Positions 1 through 11,066 of a stretch of DNA of 64,000 nucleotides are shown here, one piece after another. Position 1 is the stretch's first letter. The number at the start of each line of letters is the position of its first letter. Source of the stretch: Hydrolagus colliei (lineage: Eukaryota). Location of the stretch: assembly GCA_035084275.1 (NCBI GenBank), contig CM068751.1, positions 6,758,001-6,822,000 of the forward strand, given 5' to 3'. Below the pieces are notes generated by a model that was not told where the DNA came from, did no database searches, and saw nothing but the letters and a program-made list of their open reading frames with translations. The position numbers and the translations under genes were made by a program.

Positions 1-1865
1 TTGAAGTAAACGTCAAGTAAACTGTCAAAAATGATGAATTGGTACCATTCTTGTTGTCTGACTCCAACTGCAATAAGATTGACTCCTTATAAATTTCTTG
101 AACACACTACTTCTTGCCTGTTTACACTGTTTTGCAAGATTTATTCCTGTTGGTACTTTATTTTGTGGGAAATGGTAATCCTGGTCTCATCATTGTCTTT
201 GTGGTCGCTGTGTTTTTATGCTGATCTGCACTCAGACTGTTGTTGGGGCTAGTATCTGCTGCCTAGGAGGTGGCATTCTTACCAACCCCTGGTGTCCTTG
301 ATTCAGAAGAGATTTGTGTCATGGAGTTGCATTCTTCTGCAACAGAAATTGTATCTGAAAATGTCCCCGTCCGTGAAATTTTATTATTTTTAAAGAGCTT
401 ATTTTTCATTGTTTTGGGGGATCTTGAACGTCTGGCCTGTGTTTTAAAGAGGCTGACCCTGAAGATAGCCTCTTCCCTGCCACACCTCTACCTCTGCCTG
501 GCCCTTAGTGGTTTCTAAACAGCACCTCACGGACACTGAATGAAGTGATTAACAGGGCCAATGGCCCAAATAGGGCCAATGGACCACTATAGCTCAATTT
601 TTAGTGTATTAATCTGCAAACTGGAGCTGGATAGCCAGTGTTGTATGTGATACATAGATGAATGGAAGAGACTATTATATTAAGATTATAAATGAACTAT
701 CTGAATTAAGGCTCAGGTGTCTTTACCATCAAGGAATTTTACAGTGAAGCAGCTGGGAAAATTGAACGGCTTCAAGTGTATGACTGAGAATATATTTTGC
801 ATTATACCATTTAAAAGGGCAGTAAATTGTCCTTGAACTTGTAGAACAGCGAGCTTGCACTGGAAGAAAATCTGAAATTATTTAACATTCATTAACCAAA
901 TCAACCTACCAAAAGCCAGTGAAATGTAAAGCTTTCTAGAAACACATGTGTCACAAATTCCTCTCTACTTTTCCCCGGTTTAAGTGAAACTAACCGCACC
1001 ACGGAATGCTGTGGAAATTTAAGACCCTTTGTTTTGGATTCAGTTATTTTGATTTGGTGGATAAGTGTTTGTGTTATTTTGCTAATCCACAAAAATTCAT
1101 AACAGCATAAGAGGAGGGTGTTGTTAAATCATAATCCTTTTGAATAAGTTTATTTTGTATGCTGACAGAGGAAACGACTATTTATTCCACTTATAAATAT
1201 ATTGATTATGGAATCAAAATCTGGTTACATTGAGTGATTCCTGAGATAATTAGATTATTATTGTATATTTTTTATACTATGAAATATATCTCCTAACAGT
1301 TCTGTAAAGGATGTTTATAGGTCATTGCCACGCAAATTATATCAATGAATGGATTTCACCTGTTCATTCCTAAGTGTTACATTTAAGTTTGATTTTGTGT
1401 GCGGTTTTTAGCTGAAACACTCCTGTGAAAGTGTGTTTCCTGTGGGTCACACCTGTGATCCAATGGCCATTCCTTGAACATTCTATTTTGCTCATTAGAA
1501 AGCCCCAAAAGAAGATATGACTGTTACTACTCTGCGGGTAAGAAAATGTGAGGGATGCTGGTGGATTCAATTTCAGGCATGAGAATGATGCCATCTCGGG
1601 ATATTGCCTATCTTTTTAGGCATTTGATTCATATTGCCAGCATAGAATCCTTTGTGTTTTTCTCTCAGCTAGTTAGGAACATCTGTAGCTTCCACATAAC
1701 CTGCATATTTTCTCTTTTAACTTAAATAAATATCATTTATTTATTTCTACCCCTGCACCTCCATCGTGGAGCAAGCAGTAGATTCAGTCTGCAGAGGAAA
1801 ATCCCAGTATTCAGATTTACTAAAATGGCAACCTTGCATTGGCTTCCCACCAATTATAACAACAT

Positions 1866-1955
1866 AAACAATCCTTGCATTTGATATATTGCCCTTCACA
1901 TCGAGAGAGCATGGCTCAAAGCACTTCACAGGAGATACCGTAAAATGTAGCGACT
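1866..1955 (-). mobile_element. Eroded 3' tail fragment of the dominant SINE
   Basis: atccttgcatttgatat...aaagcacttcacagga matches the reverse-complement tail of the full copies (e.g. 5331-5634). Confidence 0.7.
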
Positions 1956-4900
1956 ATTTTGTAGGCAAAACATTTTTTTCATATAAAATATATATTTATT
2001 ATTTTGAAACATAGTTTCATCCCCGGGACAGCACACCTGGAGTCACTTTTAACACTTCAAATGTTATTGATAACACCTGAAATGTAACTGAGTGCTACCC
2101 ATATGCACAAATACTTAATGTTTCATGTGCAGTGCGACCCCACATCCAAACAGTATCGATGACCTTAAATCAGTATTTGCATCCTGCCCACTGCTATATA
2201 TAATTGAAGAAGCTTACTGATGTGTCAGAGTAATGGCTTTTGGATCATTATATTATTACCAGTCATACAATAGAGAACCATATTGGAACAACAACAACAA
2301 GTTACATTTGTATAGCACAACCTAAAGGATGCACTGGACATCACTTGTCATGATTGTCTAGTCATCCAGTCTCTTTGGCCTTTTTCTTGCAGGGTTCAGA
2401 ACATGTCTACTTATCCAAAGGTAGTCAATCATCTGTAATGCCTTAAATCACTACCAGCCATGGTAAGTACATCTCCTGATTTTAACACTAGTAGATCGTG
2501 CTTACATCTCCTCCAAGGAAGATATTTCTAGATTTTCTTACGTTTATTGTTATGCAAAATCAATTTGATCCCACAAAATTCTGCTCGCATATCTCAACTG
2601 ACTAAGCTACCTGAAATATTCTGTGAATTCATGATTAGAATTTGTTGTAATAATACATCTGAATTATAGCTGTTTATTTAACAAGTGTGATATAAGTGGC
2701 ATGTATGTCCAGAATTTATTTCTTCCTTCCCTCATTTCCCTCTAGTGTTTTTGTTCCTTTAGTGGGAAGAAGACCAAACTGAACACTATTGGAGAAATCT
2801 ACTAGGATGATTAAGGGCAGGATCTTGTAAAAACTTGAGCTTGGCAATCTTGAAACAACAAATGCAATATTGTTAAGCCTTTCACTTAAGCACAATAGAT
2901 AGAATTTGAGTTGTGTCAGGCGAAAAGAAGACTCAACAAAGCAGGAGAAAGAGACACTCAGATTGGTAAGGACAGATTAGAGGAGATAGAGAGCCTGAAC
3001 AGGAGAAGGAAAGGAGGTCAGACATAGAGACTAAATAAAATGAAGACAGAAAATCAAAACAAAAATAAAATGACTGGTCATTTCTCTTTTGTTAAAAAAA
3101 AAGTCAATTTCTAAGAATTATTTTTATTTCATATTGTGGAAACACAGTTAAAATTTTCATCCATCACCATTAAACTTCTGCCTCTGAAGCTTGTGTCTTT
3201 TCAACCATGTTCCACATAAAGTACTATGTGTCGATCATTCTTTGTTTCCTCCCTTTTGCTTCATGTTAAAATGGACTTTATTTATGAAGCACTAGTCGAC
3301 TGACAAGTATTAAGCTCAATGGTGCAACCAATAAGCTCGTCTGAATTTGAATGTCATCTCAATAAAACAATTGGGCAGAAAATTACAGTATTGAGATATC
3401 AAGTCATGTAAAGGTAGTATAGTTTTAATGAATCCACAATCATATAAGTTTTATTTGATATTCAAAGGTTATTTGAATTTATGGAGCTGAGAATACGTTC
3501 CTCAATTTGTGTTTATTGTAGGTCAAGTAGGAATAATTTTTATTTTTATGATGATTCAGGTTTAAATTATAATATTAGAACAGAATTCCGATGTAAGAAA
3601 TTACGTTGGGATGTCAACCTTACCACAAAGAACATGCCTCAAAAAACTAAAAGGAGCTATATCAAATGCAAGATTTTTTTTTATTATCAGTAGTAGTATT
3701 CTATTACTATTATTATTATCCAACCTGATGAACGTGGATCGATATTATGTATTTCTCAGTGGAGGAAGGAATCCATTTGCACGACTGGTTAAGTTTAATT
3801 GATTTTAAAGAAAAGTTGCAAATTCAACCCAACTTTGGAAAACCTCTCTATCAAATAATATGTTTCTCAATCAACCTTTCATTTAACAAATCCTTGCATT
3901 GGTTTGTTTTCAGTGCCGGCTGTTCTTTTCATATTTGTTTTCTGACAAAGCTAACTGTGGAAGATTGTGGGCTATGCACAGCTCCTCTGGGGATGTGAGC
4001 ATAATATTCAGAGAGGTAGCAATCTCTTCTTGTGTACAAGGATGAGAAGAATTGTTCTCTTGTGTAACTGAGGAGGCCATTCAGGAAAGGATGTTAGGAA
4101 TTTAAAGATGCAATAGTACCATCAGCTAAGAACAAAATAATTTGCAGGTAATACTGCGGTAATGAATGAAGACAGGCCTGAGCAAGAACATAATAAAACT
4201 TAATGTAATGCATTCACACCAGTAAAAGAAAAATGATTGTACATTTGTTCATCTGCAAAGTGATGGTTATATAATCATCACTCCACGTATATCCCATAAA
4301 GCACTTTAAGATGTCCTCCTGGTGATGAAGGATGCAATGTAAAATAGAAGCATGATTATTATTCCTATGCCCAGTCCTGTGTGGGGAAAATCTGATAATA
4401 TGTAAAGTAAAGGCATATATTCACTTGGCAGAACCTTAAACACGCTGTAAAAATACAATATTACCTTTCAACGCCCCAAATAGGGATTATCATCCTCTAG
4501 AAAAATAATGCTGAAGTTGTGAATGTATTCCACATCAATACAATCAACTGTGTTCTGTTGGAGTGCAGGACATCATTTTTTTTTGTAGCTTTTCATTGTA
4601 CACAGATTGAGTGTCTCGGAACTATTCTGTATGTTTGTTTTTATTGGACTGGACACTAATAAAGATCTCCAGTGACTATCGTTGAAATTTTCCATATCCA
4701 TTGCGACCCCAGAGAAAGATTTTATTTAAAAACTGCGTGCTGTAAATCTGTCGTCTTAACCTGCTTCAACCTTTATGAATTGCTCCAATCTCATAACCTG
4801 TGGGGTTTTTTTTGGTCAATTTACAGCTTTTTTCTTTAACCCTTCTAACACCACAGATATTATGCACACTCAACCATGCTGAATACTTAAGTTAAAATAT

Positions 4901-5240
4901 GACCAGAGTAAGTCTGGTCATGTGTGCGAGGTGATGACTGGCTATTTTGAATGACGAAAACTGCACAGGTCTATGAGAACCAGGAAGAAGATTTTCAGTT
5001 TATATTTTTATTCATGCGTGAAATATTTGTGGTACAAATATGGAACAAAGACGATACAGTGGAAATGGGGATTAAAAGTTCAAAAAATGGTGTTAAAAAA
5101 TATTTTACTTTAAATCTCTGTTTTAGAGTTCATATTTCCGACACTTAATTGGGTACAAGAACAACTGAAGTGGCTACATTGCTTTAATCTATGTATTATT
5201 GTTTGTTTAACACGAAAAACACACAAAACCATCAAATAAT

Positions 5241-5330
5241 AAACAATATTAATCCTTGCTTATCATAAAGAGCTTTTCATGTATTTTAGACAATTAAAAG
5301 CACTTCACAGGATATACTGTAAAGTGAATT
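5241..5330 (-). mobile_element. Older SINE 3' tail fragment directly abutting a full copy
   Basis: aatccttgct...aaagcacttcacaggatatactgtaaagtgaatt has the same layout as the tail that starts at 5331. Confidence 0.75.
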
Positions 5331-5634
5331 AATAATAATTATCCTTGCATTTGATATGGCACTTTTCATGTCTTCTAGATATCTGAAAGCACTTCACAGG
5401 TTACACTGTAATGTGAATTGACTGTATATTTGTGGATGAAACACGGCAAACAATTGCGCACGGCAGTGTTCCACAAACAGTCGTGGATTGAGTGATCAAA
5501 TTATTATTGTTTTTCTTTGGAGGGATTATTTTTAGGCGTGTGGAATAAGGAAATTTCTCCAAGGTTTCGCCCTGCCTGGAATCAAACCACACTTGCAAAG
5601 CAATTGCTCTAACCATTGAGCTACAGGATTCCAC
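5331..5634 (-). mobile_element. Near full-length tRNA-derived SINE with L2-type tail (dominant family)
   Basis: The reverse complement gives a gtggaatcctgtagctcaatggttagagc head (A box), a central body, a stem-loop and an (ATT)n tail. It aligns by eye with 7264-7560 and 20145-20464. Confidence 0.92.
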
Positions 5635-5983
5635 AAATTAACTATATGTTTGCATATGTAGCGCTATATGAAGGTCAACAAATGGAATCAAACTTCCTTC
5701 GAGCTGCCAGCAGCTGAAGGGTTTATTTGATTTTAATGAGAATAAAATTGGAATGCATTGCCAATAAGAATTTTTCATTGTACATTGCCTCAAAGATCGC
5801 GGTTTATTTAAAATCCCTGAAGTATGAAACATTTCGTTATTTCAGTTCCAGCTTTAAATTCAACATTCCAGGTGAATCAAGCAATGCATATCTAAATGTT
5901 ATCTTTGACCCACCTGCCATCCTCTAAAGTATTTGGTTTCTGGGCGTTGCTAGAAGTGTTATACGTGCTTCTGCTACCTGCTT

Positions 5984-6113
5984 GAAGCGCTCTGAGATGC
6001 CATCTGGCGTGGAGGGCGCTATATAAATCAAAGTTGTTGTAAGTTGTTGTTGTTGCTACCAGCGCCAGTGACCCGAAAGGCTCTATACAAATGTAATTTT
6101 GTTGTTATTGTTG
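5984..6113 (+). mobile_element. Type-B retroposon 3' tail followed by a second short L2-type tail
   Basis: gaagcgctctgagatgccatctggcgtggagggcgctatataaatcaaag(ttg)n closely matches 33851-33911. It is followed by aaaggctctatacaaatgtaattttgttg. Confidence 0.75.
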
Positions 6114-6549
6114 TATCTACCTTGCATAACTACTAAATGCATGGATCGGGAATTAAATCTATAAACTGTTCAACACGGTACCCTTTTGGGGGAGGCGATA
6201 TTTTCCATGGCGAATAATTATGTTCAACAGGATACAAGCACTTTCAATATGCGATCTAATTTGGCAACATGAATTTCCGATTTTTTTTAACAAAATGTTA
6301 ATTTACCGTTGATCCAAGAGAAAGTTGTCTGCCTGAACAATGATGGAAAGGGGGAGATGAAAAGTCCATTCTTTGTTACTTGTGGCTTTTCTCCAACTCT
6401 TCTTTCTGTGCTTTTTGACCATTCTCGTTTCTCTGTCTGAGTTGATATCAGCCCAAGCTCGCAGTTTGGGCATTAGAATTTGCCTCAGCAAACATAGTGT
6501 AGGGTAGCAAAGGGACATGATTCCAAACTCTAGGGTCGTTATTTTAAAG

Positions 6550-6746
6550 TTATATGTGGGTGGGAATAAGATTGGACTTGGCTGTAATTTCCCCCACAGC
6601 TGAATAGGCTATTGATGTCCTCTGTCTAGACTGATATTTGGGAGGCATGTGAGATGGAGGGGAGTGATATTGATTCTGGTCTTGAATTTTCCTATGTTCA
6701 CATTGACCACTTGGGTGAGATGTCTGTGCCCATGGACCTGTTCCCT
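6550..6746 (+). mobile_element. Old SINE body fragment, same family as 40528-40820
   Basis: Shares ctgtctag/ctgtctgg, (c)acttgggtgag/gtttggctgag and cccatgga blocks in the same order as 40528-40820. Resembles a chondrichthyan SINE as I recall it. Confidence 0.5.
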
Positions 6747-7205
6747 AACAACAACAACAACAACAATTTACATTTATATAGCGCCTTTCACGTCGGGAGG
6801 ACGTCCCAAGGCGCTAAACAAGAGGCGTGTGACCCGAGCTGGGAGGAGAGTGTTTGGGAAGGGGTGAAACACGAAGGGGAGGTAAAAGAGTTTGGGGTGG
6901 AACAAAAGGCACGATCGAAGAGGAAAGTCTTCAAATTGGCCTTGAAAGAGGAAAGGGAAGAGGCGAAACGGAGGGATTGAGGGATGGCATTCCATAAGGT
7001 GGGAGCGGAGAAACTGAAGGCCCGGCCTCCGATGGTGGGGCGGTTCGGGCGGGGGGCTTGGAGCAGGCCAAGTCCTGTTGAACGGAGGGTCCGGGTGGGC
7101 GTGTAGGGGGAGAGTAGATCGGTTAGGTAGGATGGGGCAAGGCCGTGTAAGGCCTTGTAGTTGAGGACGAGGATCTTAAATTTGATCCTCTGAACATGGG
7201 GAAGA
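6747..7205 (-). mobile_element. 5'-truncated L2-clade LINE (young subfamily), ORF2 C-terminus plus tail
   Basis: ORF 6788..7252 contains RIKFKILVLNYKALHGLAPSYLTDLLSPYTPTRTLRS...GGRAFSFSAPTLWNAIP...FKANLKTFLF, the typical L2 ORF2 end. It also has the 3' stem-loop and a (TTG)n tail. Confidence 0.95.
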
Positions 7206-7263
7206 GGAGAAGAATGGCCTCCAAACATGCAACACCTAAAGTCCAAGCCCACAATCCACTGCA

Positions 7264-7560
7264 GTGGAATCCTGTAGCTCAGTGGTTAGAGCACTCACCT
7301 CACAAACGAGAGACCTGGGTTCCATTCCATGCAAAGTGAAACCTTGGGCAAATTTCCTTACTGCACACACCTGATAAGAATCCCTAAAAAAAATTGGTAA
7401 TTTCAACTGTTTGTGGGACACTGCTGTGTGCAATTGGCTGCCGCATATCACCCACAAATATACACTCAATTCACTATACAGGATATTCTGTGAAGTGCTT
7501 TTCGGGTGTCTGGAAGACGTGAAAAGCGCTATATCAAATGCAAGGATTATTATTATTATT
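7264..7560 (+). mobile_element. Full-length tRNA-derived SINE (dominant family)
   Basis: A box tagctcagtggttaga, B-box-like ggttccattcc, body, gacgtgaaaagcgctatatcaaatgcaagg and an (ATT)n tail. Confidence 0.93.
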
Positions 7561-10498
7561 CATGGCAGGCATTTTTTCGTATGAATAACATTCTCAAAAG
7601 AACAAGAACTTCCTATTCTCTGTAGCAGTGTCTCCCAACGCAGGAATTAAGTCTTGGTCAGATTTGGGAATAAATGCCAGTAACACTTACTTCAAAATAA
7701 CAGGCATGAACAGCATCCAAATGGGAAACATCGGTTCATATTGAATACATGCCCCTTCATCAGAAATGGAATATTAAAGAAAACCTTTTTTTACAAGCAG
7801 TAAAGTAAAGTTGCTTAACAAGCTTTTCTGAAGACAGCTCTTTCAAAATAATATGCCGGAGATCCACTAACTATGTTTACTTGAAACAATCCAAATGATT
7901 TAAAAGTATTAATTAATTGAGTTGCGTTAATGTCCCAGATGTACTACTAATGGAACAGTTAGGTTTGCTTCTTCTGGTGTAAGAAATAGAAAGTGCAGTA
8001 ATTGAAGAATATAGAGAAATAATATTGAGGGATTGGTCAGGCATGAAAATGGTATAAGTAAAGATTAGGGAAAGAAAGAACAACCAAATGATTAAAATAT
8101 GGAGAAGAAACTGAAAAGAGATGGTAAAAGGAAAGGAGCTACGAGCCATTGATTTGTGTCTGCATACTTTCTCCTAGTGTTATCCTTTGATCTGCCTGGA
8201 GAGAATTGTCTAGGGAAGGTGGTCCTTTCAGCAGCCTCAGCTGCTTGTAATAGTTATTATATATATTATATATGTATGCGAGTTCTTGACTTAGGTATTT
8301 TTTTTTAACCATGATTCGTCTAGCGGGTAGAATTTGGGGAACTTTCCCAAAGCTGGAATTGCCGGGACACATTTGAGAAAGGGGAAAACCTCTTTAATGA
8401 TTCCAGTCTTTCAAAAAACAAACTGGATCTGGCTGACCTCCAGAAGTAAGAACTATCAATCGGCTGCTGCACTTGGAGATTGCTGACGATCACAGTGAGG
8501 TTTCAGAATGATCCACTTCAATGCCTTTCTTTTTTCATAGATCTAAGCTTTCCAATGTAACCCGGGACTCCTATTGCTAACATTCTGTCTGAACTCCAAG
8601 GTTCTATTTCTGTTCAAGAATTCAGTGGTCATTTGTTAATATTCCAGCACATGTAACTTTCATGTTCATTTTCAGCTCCTCAACTAGCCTTTAATAATGG
8701 TAAGACTGTTAAAGAATAGAAGAGTTTTTTTTATATGTAACCCAGGCCATACAATGTTATAATATAACAAAACAATCAGGAACATTTACTAATATGTTCA
8801 GAATAAAACCATGATACATGTAAAGTGTTCATATTTTTAAAATGTGGAGTGTCTACCCTGACAGATTTGCTTGACAATCATTATGGGTCTTCACAATGAT
8901 TTTAATTTCTTTTGAGTTCTAAAGAACAAAATGCCGGGAATAGACTTTATACGACTAAGATATTTTCCTGCAAGTTGCCCCTTGACTTGAAGTTAATATG
9001 AAGAATTTTTTGGAGTATGATGCAATATCAGCTGCATTTGCTTAATTCACTGCTGCTTTCCTCTGAAACCTCTTGAAGGTACTCAAATTACCATCTTGTC
9101 TGTAGAACCTTACATTGGGGAAGAAAAAATCCAACCTATGTCTACTGTTTAAGGAACGATGCCAGTCCACGATTTTATTGCATTTGATCGTTGACTACAA
9201 TCAGCGTATAACGATTTTGTGCAATTGTGCAATGCTAGTTGTGTGCTATATATGAATTTTATTGTAAATTACTGACATTTAACATAGCGTTGCTGAAAGC
9301 TTACTGGCAACCTAAGATGTCAATGTATTGTTCTCTGATGTCATACAGTGTACATTTAACACAAAACACATGGGTGTTAAGGCCGTCAGTCAATAATTTT
9401 TTTAAGAAAAATAAATTGAATTATGATACATTAACAAAATGTGCACCAAATTTTGTCTTGTTGCAAGTCGTTCCGAGACATCTGGGTTTTTTTTTCTTTT
9501 TTTTAGTCACTTGAGTGCTTTCGTGGGTCACAGTTCATTGTGGTGACATCATCTTCATGTCCCTGAAGAGTAAGACTTGTACTCTGAGAGGAAAAAATAG
9601 CAAACCGCACAACTCAACTAGTTTTAGTGAGAAATATCTCACGAAACTAAGCAGAGGACTTGGAAGCACATTCGGATGAATTAGCACATATTATCAACTT
9701 ACCATATTTTATACCAAAATGGCAGACAGTTTAGAAATTGTTAAATACATGTATTGGATTGTCAAACTTAACATTTTCAGTGGTGTTTCTTTTAGAAGTT
9801 GTAATTAAAACTGAAACTAATGTGAATAGATTTTCACAATTGTTGGACTGATACACGTGTGGCTAAAATTGTTATTAGATCTGTCATTTAAGAACACAGA
9901 GTTGTAATTTCGTTAAAGAATGTAACTTAGCATATCCACATCTGTATGCACTTTTTATTAAATTTAATTTAGTTTTGTTGGGACCTCGCTAGCTAGTACA
10001 AAAGAAAGCAGGTTCAAACAGTTCTGAGTTTCAAAGAAATGCACCAGTTAACACAAAGAAAGTTAACTGCAGTTTATAATTGTTTGCCTTGTTGAATGTT
10101 TTGTGCTTGTTCTTGCTGTGAATATTTTAGCTCTGTTGTCCTCTTCCTGTCAATTTGACTCTACCATAAACCCAGTCAGAAAGTCTAATCTTTCAAAATT
10201 CCACCTTTTTGGATATTGTGCAAAGCAAGTCTTGGTGGCAGCACAGAAGGTTTGGATTGGATTCAAAGACTACACATGGCAACATGAAAGCTACAATGAG
10301 AGAAGCAGCAAGTATTTTCTCTTCCACCACCTCCAAAAAGTAGTTTTCCCAGAAAAGGTTGTTAGGAATTGCATTCAAGTTTGAACCACACTTGAGCTTT
10401 CAGATAATTGTAAATCACCAGAACTTCCCTTGCATGATGTATCGCATATCAATTCTTCAAATCAAGTACATTACACTAGTCAAACCACCTATGTATTT

Positions 10499-10680
10499 AT
10501 AATAATAAGCCTTGCATTTGATATGGCATTTTTCACGTCTACGAGATGTTTTAAAGCGCTTCACAGAATATACTGTAAAATGAATTGACTGTATATTTGT
10601 GGGCCAATTGTGTACAGCCAGTTGCGTACAGCAGTGTCCCACAAACGGACGTGGATTGAACTGACCAAGTTATTATAGGG
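10499..10680 (-). mobile_element. Head-less SINE copy (tail plus body)
   Basis: Matches the 3' ~180 nt of the dominant SINE. Confidence 0.88.
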
Positions 10681-10959
10681 TATTTAGGATACTATTATAT
10701 TTAGGATACGATTGTTTCCCCTACATGTTCCAAGGATGTAGGGGAATTCATCCTTTTATTTTGCAAGTTGTTGCATAATGCTCTTTTTGTAAATCGTGTG
10801 AAGAGCTTTGAGACATCTTCCTGAGGCTTCTAAATTTGTCATTATTATGCATGGCTAAATCATAAATAAAATCCTAACCTCTGCAGGTGTGTGTGGGGCA
10901 GGGTGGTGGGGAGGGTGAGAGGGGAGGTCCATTACAAAGTCCAGATGTTCAAATGCTTG

Positions 10960-11066
10960 TTGTGGGATGGGAGATGGTGGAGAATTCATGAGAGTAGTTT
11001 GTATGTGGTCTGTAGCTTGATGAGCTTAATGGCCTTTTCTCAGTCCATACTTATTTATGTTCTTCT
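10960..11066 (+). mobile_element. Eroded CR1 3' end
   Basis: ttgatgagcttaatggccttttctcagtccatacttatttatgttctt resembles the CR1 terminal gatgggccgaatggcct motif and its repeat tail. Confidence 0.55.

Noticed and set aside
430-515. Minus-strand GPGRGRGVAGKR peptide suggesting a transposon or RNA-binding N-terminus
   Set aside because: Short, low-complexity and quickly terminated, with no further motifs.
2763-2970. Acceptor-like tract and ttg|gtaag donor suggesting an exon
   Set aside because: Stops occur within the span and the short alternative peptide is unrecognisable, so there is no support for a CDS.
4899-4921. 9-bp hairpin atgaccaga/tctggtcat (also about 9619-9650 and 51693-51732)
   Set aside because: Short stems like these are expected by chance in 64 kb, and there is no supporting context.
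6654-6980. 108-aa plus-strand ORF with poly-N, and similar ORFs at 53138-53530 and 53569-53937
   Set aside because: Antisense readings of L2 copies and their (AAC)n tails.
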